Below are positions 51,890 to 64,000 of a stretch of 64,000 nt of DNA, one piece after another. The notes under the pieces are model-generated. The model ran no database searches, was not told the origin of the DNA, and saw nothing but the letters and a program-made list of their open reading frames with translations. Position 1 is the first letter of the stretch, and every line of letters starts with the position of its first letter. Source of the stretch: Isurus oxyrinchus (Eukaryota); the NCBI GenBank assembly GCA_026770705.1, contig JANJGN010000026.1:30504001-30568000 (forward strand), read 5' to 3'. Made by a program: the position numbers and the translations under genes.

Positions 51890-53559
51890 TAATCCAAGCC
51901 TGCCAATTTTGAGAGAGGAAAATTTGTGTATGTCATGTGTGTTGTTGAATGTTACCTCAATCTCACATGCTACAGAAATGGTGCTTTTGCTCTTACCTGG
52001 GCCTTGAAATGAATGCAGCAAAATGAGAAATACTGAAATTTCATGACATACTGAGTAGAAATAGATGTTCGTTTTTTGACTCAGCGCGCATTTTAGCAGT
52101 TCGTCTGGCCAGCAACAGAATTTAGTGGGTTCTCGATGCAGATTTACATCGTTACCCACCATCTCAAAGAGATGTCTCATGCTAAGGTGTGCACATAAGG
52201 ACAGGCGCAAGCGATGCTTCAATTGAACCAGAGGAAATGACAGACCTGTTACAGAATCACTCCTTTAAATATTCGGTCTTCAGCATAGAGTATCAGAAAA
52301 AATGACCGAGGGAGTCATGGAAACCGAGGCACAGTGCAGATCTGCTGGCTTCCCCCTCCTGTCTTCTACATGGTTGTGATTAAGGTACCAGAAGGCTTCT
52401 CACCTGCAGCAAAGAGGGATCAAATATAATGACTGCATAATTCTCAAAACTGCTCCCAGTAAAATTCCTGCATTATGTTTAAAAGCTAATTGTACTCAAT
52501 TTCAAAAGAGCACCACATGGTTTGCATTACCTGTTGATTGGCATTCTTTTGTCTATCAGTCATGTTTGCAATTCGAGTTTCGGTGTATCTTTCAGAGAGT
52601 CTCAATTCAAATGAAGGCAGCAATAACAGATACAATATTAATATTAAATATAGAATAACGGAACAAATGCGGAGTGAAGTTTGTTTAATTTTGTCTGCCA
52701 AGGATAAGACGGATATTCCTAATAATTGAGCAGAAAGCATTCCACCCGGATACATTTGCTGGATGGACACGCCTAGATTTTGAAGTTCAATTAAGCTGAG
52801 GCACCAGGCTGAAACGAACAGCTGTCTTCCTGCAACAAGTGACCCTCAGTCCAACCATTGGAAACCTCCAAACATTCTGGTAGCTCAGCATTGCCTGGGT
52901 GCTCCACAAATATTTATCCTCTGTTAGATTCCGGTCCAGGATCAAACTGATTTCAAACCAAATGAAGTAAATGAAGAATTGAAGCATGCAATCTTGGCAG
53001 GGCCCTGCTAAACTCCGGAACAAACATTTTCCTCTGTAATATAGCACCCTCGATTGAATGGCTGCGAGCAAAATGATAAGATTGTAAAAATAGTAAGGTT
53101 GAAAAATCACACTTTCGCAAGTTCGATATGAGCTCAATTGCATAATTACATCATGTTCATGTGGCGAAGTACATGAGGAACCCAAGTCCAAATCGTCATG
53201 TGAACCTTGTGAGTTAAGGTAACCCAGGCATGGATTCTGCAGAAACGACTTTTTCAAAAGGGAATTCAGCAATTTAATGAAAGGGAGGAAAAAACTGGTA
53301 CACTAAGAGAGAGAAGCAATTTGCGATTAGTTAGTGTGCTCGTTTAACAAAGGGGCCTCGGATCGGACGATAGAAGGGCCTCGTATGCCTTTGATTGGAT
53401 GCACGGTGCTAGGCCATTTTATGATTACATTGTTAGACGAGTCTCGCTGCAGCGTTCCTGAGAATAGCAGCTGTATTTCATTTCTCCGCAACAGGGACTC
53501 AGATTGCTGCAGCGTTATAGCGCAGTTTAGCATTCCAGACAAAGCTTCGTGACGTGTCC

Positions 53560-53632
53560 GTTTCTGTAGTGTAGTGGCTATCACATTCGCCTAACACGCG
53601 AAAGGTCCCCGGTTCGAAACCGGGCAGAAACA
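53560..53632 (+). tRNA. tRNA-Val-AAC: tRNA-Val(AAC), type C
   Basis: Identical to 3373-3445. Confidence 0.93.
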
Positions 53633-53758
53633 TTATGAAAACTTAATCATTAAATATTTAAGATAATTTGCATCTTTGAAGCTTACCTGAATTTCCAATG
53701 TTGCATGCAAATTACATTTGCTCTCACCGAGGTCATAAAGCGCATGCAGCCAATTCAG

Positions 53759-54009
53759 AATACCTGCAAAAACTCAGCAAGTCTGGCAGCATCTGCGGAG
53801 AGGAACACAGTTAATAAATAGAAAAGAGGTAAAAGGTATTTGAGTTTTATATTTCTCCTCTTTTCCAATTTTACTCAGTTCTGTTGAAGAGTCATACGGA
53901 CTCGAAACGTTAACTGTCTTCGTCTCCGCAGATGCTGCAAGACCTGCTGAGTTTTCCAGGTATTATTTTTGTTTTGGATTTCCAGCACCCGCAGTTTTTT
54001 GCTTTTATC
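53759..54009 (+). mobile_element. Fold-back hammerhead-bearing element (motif 53876-53916)
   Basis: Copy of 3572-3822. Confidence 0.75.
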
Positions 54010-55244
54010 TGCAGCAAAATCAGCACGTCTTTCGATGCAGCTTAAAACAGTTACTCACCACGTCAAAGGTATCTCATAGTAACGTGTGCTCATAAAGACA
54101 GACAAAGAGTGATCAGATCTAATTAACGCATCATTTTCAAGCCTATTCCCAGTGAAATTCTTGCATTTTGTTTAAAAGCTAACTGCGCTCGATTTCAAAT
54201 GAGCACCATATGATTTGCATACCTGTTGACTGACATTCTTTCGTCTATCAGTCATGTTTGCAATTCGGGGCTGGTGTATATTTCAGAGAGTTTCAATTCA
54301 GACGAAGGCATGAATAACAGATAAAATATGAATATTAAATATAGAATAACGGAACAAGTACTGAGTTTCTTTAATTTCGTCTTCCAAGGATGAGAAGGAT
54401 GTTCCTGATGATTGAGCAGAAAGCATTGCACTCGGAGACATTTGCTGGACGGACACGTCTACATTTTGAAATTCAAAACAAGCTGAGGCACCAGGGTGAA
54501 ACCAACAGTTGCTTCCCTGCAGCAAGTGACATGGACCCTCAGTCCAGCCATTGGAAACCTTCAAACACCCTGGTGGCTCAGCTCTGCCCAGTTTGTTCCA
54601 CAAATATTTATCCTCTGTTAGATTCCGGTCCAGGATCAAAATTATTTCAAACCAAATGAAGTAAAGGAACAATTGAAGCACGTGAACTTGGCCGGGGCCT
54701 GTTAAACTTCGGAACAAAAATTTTGCTCTCGGTTGAAGGCGAATGGAGCAAAAGTAATAAGATTGTAAAAATAGTAAGGTTGAAAAAAATAACACTTTCG
54801 CAAATTCGATGTGAGATCAATTGCATAATTACATCATGTACATCTGGTAAAGTATATTAGGAACCCAAGTCCAAATCGTCATGTGAACCTTGTCAATTAA
54901 GGCAGAGCAAGCATGGATTCTGCAGAAATGACTTGTTCAAAAGAGAATTAAGTGATTTAATGAAAGGGAGAAGAAATAGCTCATTAATAGAGAGAAGCAA
55001 ATTATGATGAATTCGTTTTCTCGTTTAAAAAGGGGCCTGAGATCGGATGTTGGAAGGGCCGCTTTTGTCATTGTTTGGATACGTGGGTGCTAGGCCATTT
55101 TATGAGTACATTGTTACATCGGTCTCGCTGCAGCGTTCCTGAGAACTGCAGCTGTATTCCATTTCTCCGCAATAGAGACCCAGATTGCTGCAGCGTTACA
55201 GCGCAGTTCAGCATTCCGGACAGGAGTCATGGGACCGCACGGCA

Positions 55245-55317
55245 GTTTCTGTAGTGTAGTGGTTATCACGTTCGCCTCACACGCGAAAGGTCCCCGGTTC
55301 GAAACCGGGCAGAAACA
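55245..55317 (+). tRNA. tRNA-Val-CAC: tRNA-Val(CAC), type A
   Basis: Identical to 69-141. Confidence 0.97.
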
Positions 55318-56802
55318 TTATGCAAACTTCGTCATTAAATATGAGGCTAATTTGCGTCGTTGAAGCCTCCATGAATCTCCTATGGTGCAGGCGATATTGC
55401 ATTTGCTCTCACCGAGGTCTCAAAATGAATGCAGCAAAATCAGCACCTGCTGAGATTCCACGACACACTTGAGTGGATAGATGTTCGTAGTTTACTGCGC
55501 TTACATATTAGCAGCTCGTTTAGTCAACACGATAAATCCATGGACTTTTCGATGCACTTACGAAAGTTATTCACCGTGTCAAAGGTTTCTCAGTGTAACA
55601 TGTGCTCTTAAAGACAGACAAAGAGGGATCAGATTTATTAATGCATCATTCCCAAGCCTATTTCCTGTAAAATTCTTTGATTTTGTTGAAATGCTGACTG
55701 TTGTGCTACATCTCACATCAGACCCATAGCAAATGCATTACCTGGTGACTTACATTCTTTTGTTTGACAATCAAGTTTGCAATTCGATGTTGTCGTTTTC
55801 AGAGAGCATCAAGTCAACCAAGGGCATCACTGTCAAATACATTATTACTGAATGGTGGATAAGGTAAAACAAATTGCTGAGAAAAGTTTGTTGAATTTCT
55901 TCTGCCGAGGAGAAGTGTGTTCATAATGATTTACCCGGAAGTATTGCTGCCTAAGACATTTGCTGAACCGAGCCTTCTGCATTTTGAAATTCAAACAAAC
56001 AGCGGCACCAGGTGGAAACTAAGAATTGTCTTTCTGTAACAAGTGACATGACCTCTCAGTCTAACCATTGCAATCCTCCAAACATTCTGGTAGATCAGCA
56101 CTATCCTGTTTCCTAGAGAAATATATATTCTGTAAAATTACATTCCCAGAACAAAATTATATTTAAACAACTGAACGAAACGACCTCTTACAGCATGTGA
56201 TCCTGACAGGGCTCTGTTTAACTGTAGCAATCATTTTCCTCCGTGATATAACACCCTGGATTAATGAGTCATGGAGCAAATGTAATCAGATTGTGGAAAT
56301 AATTCAGAAATAATGAGATGTTTGATCAGAAAAGTAAGCATTTGCGTCAATTCGATATGAAAACAAGAGATAAGTAAATAATGTTCATATGCATAGCTAT
56401 GTATGGAACACAAGTCTAAACCTTCATGGCACTGGGCGAGGGAAACGTTGTTAATTCAGGCAAACTAGGCTTGGTATCTGCGCAAACTCCTTTTTCAAAA
56501 GGGAATGATGCAATTAGTTGCTATGCAGAAAAATAACAAGTTCACTAATAGAGACTAATAGTTCACTGGGATTAATTCGTTGGCTCTTTAAAAAAACTGA
56601 CAGAGAAAAGATGATGGAAGGGCCATTGCATGGATACATGGTGTTAAGCCATTTTATGATGACATTGTTATTGAGTCTGTCTGCAGCATTCCCAATTATA
56701 GCAGCTGAATTCCATTTGTCCCATCCAAAGAGCCAAAGCGCTGCTGCATGACATCACAGTTTACCATTCCAGATAGATTGACTGCAGTCATGTCTGGCCA
56801 AT

Positions 56803-56875
56803 GTTTCTGTAGTGTAGCGGTTGTCACGTTTGCCTCACACGCGAAAAATCACCGGTTTGAAACCAGGCAGAAACC
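56803..56875 (+). pseudogene. tRNA-Val(CAC) pseudogene, type B
   Basis: As 1628-1700 plus T16C. Confidence 0.88.
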
Positions 56876-58547
56876 TAATCCAAGCCTGCCAATTTTGAGA
56901 GAGGAAAATTTGTGTATGTCATGTGTGTTGTTGAATGTTACCTCAATCTCACATGCTACAGAAATGGTGCTTTTGCTCTTACCTGGGCCTTGAAATGAAT
57001 GCAGCAAAATGAGAAATACTGAAATTTCATGACATACTGAGTAGAAATAGATGTTCGTTTTTTGACTCAGCGCGCATTTTAGCAGTTCGTCTGGCCAGCA
57101 ACAGAATTTAGTGGGTTCTTGATGCAGATTTACATCGTTACCCACCATCTCAAAGAGATGTCTCATGCTAAGGTGTGCACATAAGGACAGGCGCAAGCGA
57201 TGCTTCAATTGAACCAGAGGAAATGACAGACCTGTTACAGAATCACTCCTTTAAATATTCGGTCTTCAGCATAGAGTATCAGAAAAAGTGACCGAGGGAG
57301 TCATGGAAACCGAGGCACAGTGCAGATCTGCTGGCTTCCCCCCCCTGTCTTCTACATGGTTGTGATTAAGGCACCAGAAGGCTTCTCACCTGCAGCAAAG
57401 AGGGATCAAATATAATGACTGTATAATTCTCAAAACTGCTCCCAGTAAAATTCCTGCATTATGTTTAAAAGCTAATTGTACTCAATTTCAAAAGAGCACC
57501 ACATGGTTTGCATTACCTGTTGATTGGCATTCTTTTGTCTATCAGTCATGTTTGCAATTCGAGTTTCGGTGTATCTTTCAGAGAGTCTCAATTCAAATGA
57601 AGGCAGCAATAACAGATACAATATTAATATTAAATATAGAATAAGGGAACAAATGCGGAGTGAAGTTTGTTTAATTTTGTCTGCCAAGGATAAGACGGAT
57701 ATTCCTAATAATTGAGCAGAAAGCATTCCACCCGGAGACATTTGCTGGATGGACACGCCTAGATTTTGAAGTTCAATTAAGCTGAGGCACCAGGCTGAAA
57801 CGAACAGCTGTCTTCCTGCAACAAGTGACCCTCAGTCCAACCATTGGAAACCTCCAAACATTCTGGTAGCTCAGCATTGCCTGGTTTGCTCCACAAATAT
57901 TTATCCTCTGTTAGATTCCGGTCCAGGATCAAACTGATTTCAAACCAAATGAAGTAAATGAAGAATTGAAGCATGCAATCTTGGCAGGGCCCTGCTAAAC
58001 TCCGGAACAAACATTTTCCTCTGTAATATAGCACCCTCGATTGAATGGCTGAGGAGCAAAATGATAAGATTGTAAAAAAAGTAAGGTTGAAAAATCACAC
58101 TTTCGCAAGTTCGATATGAGCTCAATTGCATAATTACATCATGTTCATGTGGCGAAGTACATGAGGAACCCAAGTCCAAATCGTCATGTGAACCTTGTGA
58201 GTTAAGGTAACCCAGGCATGGATTCTGCAGAAACGACTTTTTCAAAAGGGAATTCAGCAATTTAATGAAAGGGAGGAAAAAACTGGTACACTAAGAGAGA
58301 GAAGCAATTTGCGATTAGTTAGTGTGCTCGTTTAACAAAGGGGCCTCGGATCGGACGATAGAAGGGCCTTGTATGCCTTTGATTGGATGCACGGTGCTAG
58401 GCCATTTTATGATTACATTGTTAGACGAGTCTCGCTGCAGCGTTCCTGAGAATAGCAGCTGTATTTCATTTCTCCGCAACAGGGACTCAGATTGCTGCAG
58501 CGTTATAGCGCAGTTTAGCATTCCAGACAATGCTTCGTGACGTGTCC

Positions 58548-58620
58548 GTTTCTGTAGTGTAGTGGCTATCACATTCGCCTAACACGCGAAAGGTCCCCCG
58601 TTCGAAACCGGGCAGAAACA
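58548..58620 (+). tRNA. tRNA-Val-AAC: tRNA-Val(AAC), G52C-only variant
   Basis: Normal anticodon loop, CCCCCGTTCG T-stem. Confidence 0.8.
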
Positions 58621-58746
58621 TTATGAAAACTTAATGATTAAATATTTAAGATAATTTGCATCTTTGAAGCTTACCTGAATTTCCAATGTTGCATGCAAAT
58701 TGCATTTGCTCTCACCGAGGTCATAAAGCGCATGCAGCCAATTCAG

Positions 58747-58997
58747 AATACCTGCAAAAACTCAGCAAGTCTGGCAGCATCTGCGGAGAGGAACACAGTT
58801 AATAAATAGAAAAGAGGTAAAAGGTATATGAGTTTTATATTTCTCCTCTTTTCCAATTTTACTCAGTTCTGTTGAAGAGTCATACGGACTCGAAACGTTA
58901 ACTGTCTTCGTCTCCGCAGATGCTGCAAGACCTGCTGAGTTTTCCAGGTATTATTTTTGTTTTGGATTTCCAGCACCCGCAGTTTTTTGCTTTTATC
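58747..58997 (+). mobile_element. Fold-back hammerhead-bearing element (motif 58864-58904)
   Basis: Copy of 3572-3822. Confidence 0.75.
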
Positions 58998-60232
58998 TGC
59001 AGCAAAATCAGCACGTCTTTCGATGCAGCTTAAAACAGTTACTCACCATGTCAAAGGTATCTCATAGTAACGTGTGCTCATAAAGACAGACAAAGAGTGA
59101 TCAGATCTAATTAACGCATCATTTTCAAGCCTATTCCCAGTGAAATTCTTGCATTTTGTTTAAAAGCTAACTGCGCTCGATTTCAAATGAGCACCATATG
59201 ATTTGCATACCTGTTGACTGACATTCTTTCGTCTATCAGTCATGTTTGCAATTCGGGGCTGGTGTATATTTCAGAGAGTTTCAATTCAGACAAAGGCATG
59301 AATAACAGATAAAATATGAATATTAAATATAGAATAACGGAACAAGTACTGAGTTTCTTTAATTTCGTCTTCCAAGGATGAGAAGGATGTTCCTGATGAT
59401 TGAGCAGAAAGCATTGCACTCGGAGACATTTGCTGGACGGACACGTCTACATTTTGAAATTCAAAACAAGCTGAGGCACCAGGGTGAAACCAACAGTTGC
59501 TTCCCTGCAGCAAGTGACATGGACCCTCAGTCCAGCCATTGGAAACCTTCAAACACCCTGGTGGCTCAGCTCTGCCCAGTTTGTTCCACAAATATTTATC
59601 CTCTGTTAGATTCCGGTCCAGGATCAAAATTATTTCAAACCAAATGAAGTAAAGGAACAATTGAAGCACGTGAACTTGGCCGGGGCCTGTTAAACTTCGG
59701 AACAAAAATTTTGCTCTCGGTTGAAGGCGAATGGAGCAAAAGTAATAAGATTGTAAAAATAGTAAGGTTGAAAAAAATAACACTTTCGCAAATTCGATGT
59801 GAGATCAATTGCATAATTACATCATGTACATCTGGTAAAGTATATTAGGAAGCCAAGTCCAAATCGTCATGTGAACCTTGTCAATTAAGGCAGAGCAAGC
59901 ATGGATTCTGCAGAAATGACTTGTTCAAAAGAGAATTAAGTGATTTAATGAAAGGGAGAAGAAATAGCTCATTAATAGAGAGAAGCAAATTATGATGAAT
60001 TCGTTTTCTCGTTTAAAAAGGGGCCTGAGATCGGATGTTGGAAGGGCCGCTTTTGTCATTGTTTGGATACGTGGGTGCTAGGCCATTTTATGAGTACATT
60101 GTTACATCGGTCTCGCTGCAGCGTTCCTGAGAACTGCAGCTGTACTCCATTTCTCCGCAATAGAGACCCAGATTGCTGCAGCGTTACAGCGCAGTTCAGC
60201 ATTCCGGACAGGATTTATGGGACCGCACGGCA

Positions 60233-60305
60233 GTTTCTGTAGTGTAGTGGTTATCACGTTCGCCTCACACGCGAAAGGTCCCCGGTTCGAAACCGGGCAG
60301 AAACA
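60233..60305 (+). tRNA. tRNA-Val-CAC: tRNA-Val(CAC), type A
   Basis: Identical to 69-141. Confidence 0.97.
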
Positions 60306-61791
60306 TTATGCAAACTTCGTCATTAAATATGAGGCTAATTTGCGTCGTTGAAGCCTCCATGAATCTCCTATGGTGCAGGCGATATTGCATTTGCTCTCAC
60401 CGAGGTCTCAAAATGAATGCAGCAAAATCAGCACCTGCTGAGATTCCACGACACACTTGAGTGGATAGATGTTCGTAGTTTACTGCGCTTACATATTAGC
60501 AGCTCGTTTAGTCAACACGATAAATCCATGGACTTTTCGATGCACTTACGAAAGTTATTCACCGTGTCAAAGGTTTCTCAGTGTAACGTGTGCTCTTAAA
60601 GACAGACAAAGAGGGATCAGATTTATTAATGCATCATTCCCAAGCCTATTTCCTGTAAAATTCTTTGATTTTGTTGAAATGCTGACTGTTGTGCTACATC
60701 TCACATCAGACCCATAGCAAATGCATTACCTGGTGACTTACATTCTTTTGTTTGACAATCAAGTTTGCAATTCGATGTTGTCGTTTTCAGAGAGCATCAA
60801 GTCAACCAAGGGCATCACTGTCAAATACATTATTACTGAATGGTGGATAAGGTAAAACAAATTGCTGAGAAAAGTTTGTTGAATTTCTTCTGCCGAGGAG
60901 AAGTGTGTTCATAATGATTTACCCGGAAGTATTGCTGCCTAAGACATTTGCTGAACCGAGCCTTCTGCATTTTGAAATTCAAACAAACAGCGGCACCAGG
61001 TGGAAACTAAGAATTGTCTTTCTGTAACAAGTGACATGACCTCTCAGTCTAACCATTGCAATCCTCCAAACATTCTGGTAGATCAGCACTATCCTGTTTC
61101 CTAGAGAAATATATATTCTGTAAAATTACATTCCCAGAACAAAATTATATTTAAACAACTGAACGAAACGACCTCTTACAGCATGTGATCCTGACAGGGC
61201 TCTGTTTAACTGTAGCAATCATTTTCCTCCGTGATATAACACCCTGGATTAATGAGTCATGGAGCAAATGTAATCAGATTGTGGAAATAATTCCGAAATA
61301 ATGAGATGTTTGATCAGAAAAGTAAGCATTTGCGTCAATTCGATATGAAAACAAGAGATAAGTAAATAATGTTCATATGCATAGCTATGTATGGAACACA
61401 AGTCTAAACCTTCATGGCACTGGGCGAGGGAAACGTTGTTAATTCAGGCAAACTAGGCTTGGTATCTGCGCAAACTCCTTTTTCAAAAGGGAATGATGCA
61501 ATTAGTTGCTATGCAGAAAAATAACAAGTTCACTAATAGAGACTAATAGTTCACTGGGATTAATTCGTTGGCTCTTTAAAAAAAACTGACAGAGAAAAGA
61601 TGATGGAAGGGCCATTGCATGGATACATGGTGTTAAGCCATTTCATGATGACATTGTTATTGAGTCTGTCTGCAGCATTCCCAATTATAGCAGCTGAATT
61701 CCATTTGTCCCATCCAAAGAGCCAAAGCGCTGCTGCATGACATCACAGTTTACCATTCCAGATAGATTGACTGCAGTCATGTCTGGCCAAT

Positions 61792-61864
61792 GTTTCTGTA
61801 GTGTAGTGGTTGTCACGTTTGCCTCACACGCGAAAAATCACCGGTTTGAAACCAGGCAGAAACC
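61792..61864 (+). pseudogene. tRNA-Val(CAC) pseudogene, type B
   Basis: Same as 1628-1700. Confidence 0.88.
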
Positions 61865-62212
61865 TTATCCAAGCCTGCCAATTTTGAGAGAGGAAAATTT
61901 GTGTATGTCATGTGTGTTGTTGAATGTTACCTCAATCTCACATGCTACAGAAATGGTGCTTTTGCTCTTACCTGGGCCTTGAAATGAATGCAGCAAAATG
62001 AGAAATACTGAAATTTCATGACATACTGAGTAGAAATAGATGTTCGTTTTTTGACTCAGCGCGCATTTTAGCAGTTCGTCTGGCCAGCAACAGAATTTAG
62101 TGGGTTCTTGATGCAGATTTACATCGTTACCCACCATCTCAAAGAGATGTCTCATGCTAAGGTGTGCACCTTACCATTCCAGATAGATTGACTGCAGTCA
62201 TGTCTGGCCAAT

Positions 62213-62283
62213 GTTTCTGTAGTGTAGTGGTTGTCACGTTTGCCTCACACGCGAAAAATCACCGGTTTGAAACCAGGCAGAAA
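62213..62283 (+). pseudogene. Extra duplicated tRNA-Val pseudogene B'
   Basis: Lies in insertion 62171-62283, same junctions. Confidence 0.88.
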
Positions 62284-63640
62284 GGCGCAAGCGATGCTTC
62301 AATTGAACCAGAGGAAATGACAGACCTGTTACAGAATCACTCCTTTAAATATTCGGTCTTCAGCATAGAGTATCAGAAAAAATGACCGAGGGAGTCATGG
62401 AAACCGAGGCACAATGCAGATCTGCTGGCTTCCCCCTCCTGTCTTCTACATGGTTGTGATTAAGGCACCAGAAGGCTTCTCACCTGCAGCAAAGAGGGAT
62501 CAAATATAATGACTGCATAATTCTCAAAACTGCTCCCAGTAAAATTCCTGCATTATGTTTAAAAGCTAATTGTACTCAATTTCAAAAGAGCACCACATGG
62601 TTTGCATTACCTGTTGATTGGCATTCTTTTGTCTATCAGTCATGTTTGCAATTCGAGTTTCGGTGTATCTTTCAGAGAGTCTCAATTCAAATGAAGGCAG
62701 CAATAACAGATACAATATTAATATTAAATATAGAATAACGGAACAAATGCGGAGTGAAGTTTGTTTAATTTTGTCTGCCAAGGATAAGACGGATATTCCT
62801 AATAATTGAGCAGAAAGCATTCCACCCGGAGACATTTGCTGGATGGACACGCCTAGATTTTGAAGTTCAATTAAGCTGAGGCACCAGGCTGAAACGAACA
62901 GCTGTCTTCCTGCAACAAGTGACCCTCAGTCCAACCATTGGAAACCTCCAAACATTCTGGTAGCTCAGCATTGCCTGGGTGCTCCACAAATATTTATCCT
63001 CTGTTAGATTCCGGTCCAGGATCAAACTGATTTCAGACCAAATGAAGTAAATGAAGAATTGAAGCATGCAATCTTGGCAGGGCCCTGCTAAACTCCGGAA
63101 CAAACATTTTCCTCTGTAATATAGCACCCTCGATTGAATGGCTGAGGAGCAAAATGATAAGATTGTAAAAATAGTAAGGTTGAAAAATCACACTTTCGCA
63201 AGTTCGATATGAGCTCAATTGCATAATTACATCATGTTCATGTGGCGAAGTACATGAGGAACCCAAGTCCAAATCGTCATGTGAACCTTGTGAGTTAAGG
63301 TAACCCAGGCATGGATTCTGCAGAAACGACTTTTTCAAAAGGGAATTCAGCAATTTAATGAAAGGGAGGAAAAAACTGGTACACTAAGAGAGAGAAGCAA
63401 TTTGCGATTAGTTAGTGTGCTCGTTTAACAAAGGGGCCTCGGATCGGACGATAGAAGGGCCTCGTATGCCTTTGATTGGATGCACGGTGCTAGGCCATTT
63501 TATGATTACATTGTTCGACGAGTCTCGCTGCAGCGTTCCTGAGAATAGCAGCTGTATTTCATTTCTCCGCAACAGGGACTCAGATTGCTGCAGCGTTATA
63601 GCGCAGTTTAGCATTCCAGACAAAGCTTCGTGACGTGTCC

Positions 63641-63713
63641 GTTTCTGTAGTGTAGTGGCTATCACATTCGCCTAACACGCGAAAGGTCCCCGGTTCGAAA
63701 CCGGGCAGAAACA
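63641..63713 (+). tRNA. tRNA-Val-AAC: tRNA-Val(AAC), type C
   Basis: Identical to 3373-3445. Confidence 0.93.
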
Positions 63714-63839
63714 TTCTGAAAACTTAATCATTAAATATTTAAGATAATTTGCATCTTTGAAGCTTACCTGAATTTCCAATGTTGCATGCAAATTACATTT
63801 GCTCTCACCGAGGTCATAAAGCGCATGCAGCCAATTCAG

Positions 63840-64000
63840 AATACCTGCAAAAACTCAGCAAGTCTGGCAGCATCTGCGGAGAGGAACACAGTTAATAAAT
63901 AGAAAAGAGGTAAAAGGTATTTGAGTTTTATATTTCTCCTCTTTTCCAATTTTACTCAGTTCTGTTGAAGAGTCATACGGACTCGAAACGTTAACTGTCT
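63840..64000 (+). mobile_element. Fold-back hammerhead-bearing element, cut by window end (motif 63957-63997)
   Basis: Partial copy of 3572-3822. Confidence 0.7.

Larger units (their letters stand above)
1..64000 (+). repeat. tRNA-Val macrosatellite, ~12.8 tandem copies of a 4984-5093 bp unit
   Basis: Identical tRNA-A starts at 69, 5058, 10042, 15029, 20017, 25005, 30098, 35086, 40179, 45167, 50259, 55245, 60233. Periods are 4989, 4984, 4987, 4988, 4988, 5093, 4988, 5093, 4988, 5092, 4986, 4988. Copies differ by scattered SNPs and indels. Confidence 0.99.

Noticed and set aside
253-63665. All ORFs in the six-frame track (60-165 aa)
   Set aside because: They are short, have no recognisable domains, overlap tRNAs or each other, and are opened or closed by unit-specific frameshifts (e.g. 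2602-2859 vs 7583-7843, 52787-53272). They recur only because the DNA repeats.
1-64000. CRISPR-like or prokaryotic repeat system
   Set aside because: Spacers are kilobase-long and mutually homologous, there are no cas genes, and the tRNAs are of vertebrate type without encoded CCA.
1-64000. Pure assembly artefact (one unit repeated)
   Set aside because: Units carry structured, linked SNP haplotypes and a shared insertion, which suggests real copies; exact order and number still need read validation.

Overview
The window is non-coding eukaryotic (vertebrate-type) DNA made entirely of a head-to-tail macrosatellite of about 12.8 copies of a ~4.99-kb unit, with a 5.09-kb long variant. Each unit is a diverged trimer of an ancestral ~1.55-kb monomer, each monomer carrying one tRNA-Val gene on the + strand: A is an intact tRNA-Val(CAC), B is a degenerate tRNA-Val(CAC) pseudogene, and C is tRNA-Val(AAC). 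About 125 bp downstream of every C gene is a ~250-bp fold-back insertion. It carries a minimal type I hammerhead-ribozyme-like motif of the Penelope-like-element class (CAGTT-CTGTTGA-A-GAGTC-atacg-GACTC-GAAA-CGT-T-AACTG, with a non-canonical A6U core), so there is one candidate ribozyme per unit. Four units (6, 8, 10, 13) contain an extra locally templated copy of pseudogene B, which defines a ~10.08-kb dimeric higher-order repeat. No ORF looks like a real protein. From memory, the insertion resembles repeats of cartilaginous fish (sharks); this is unverified.
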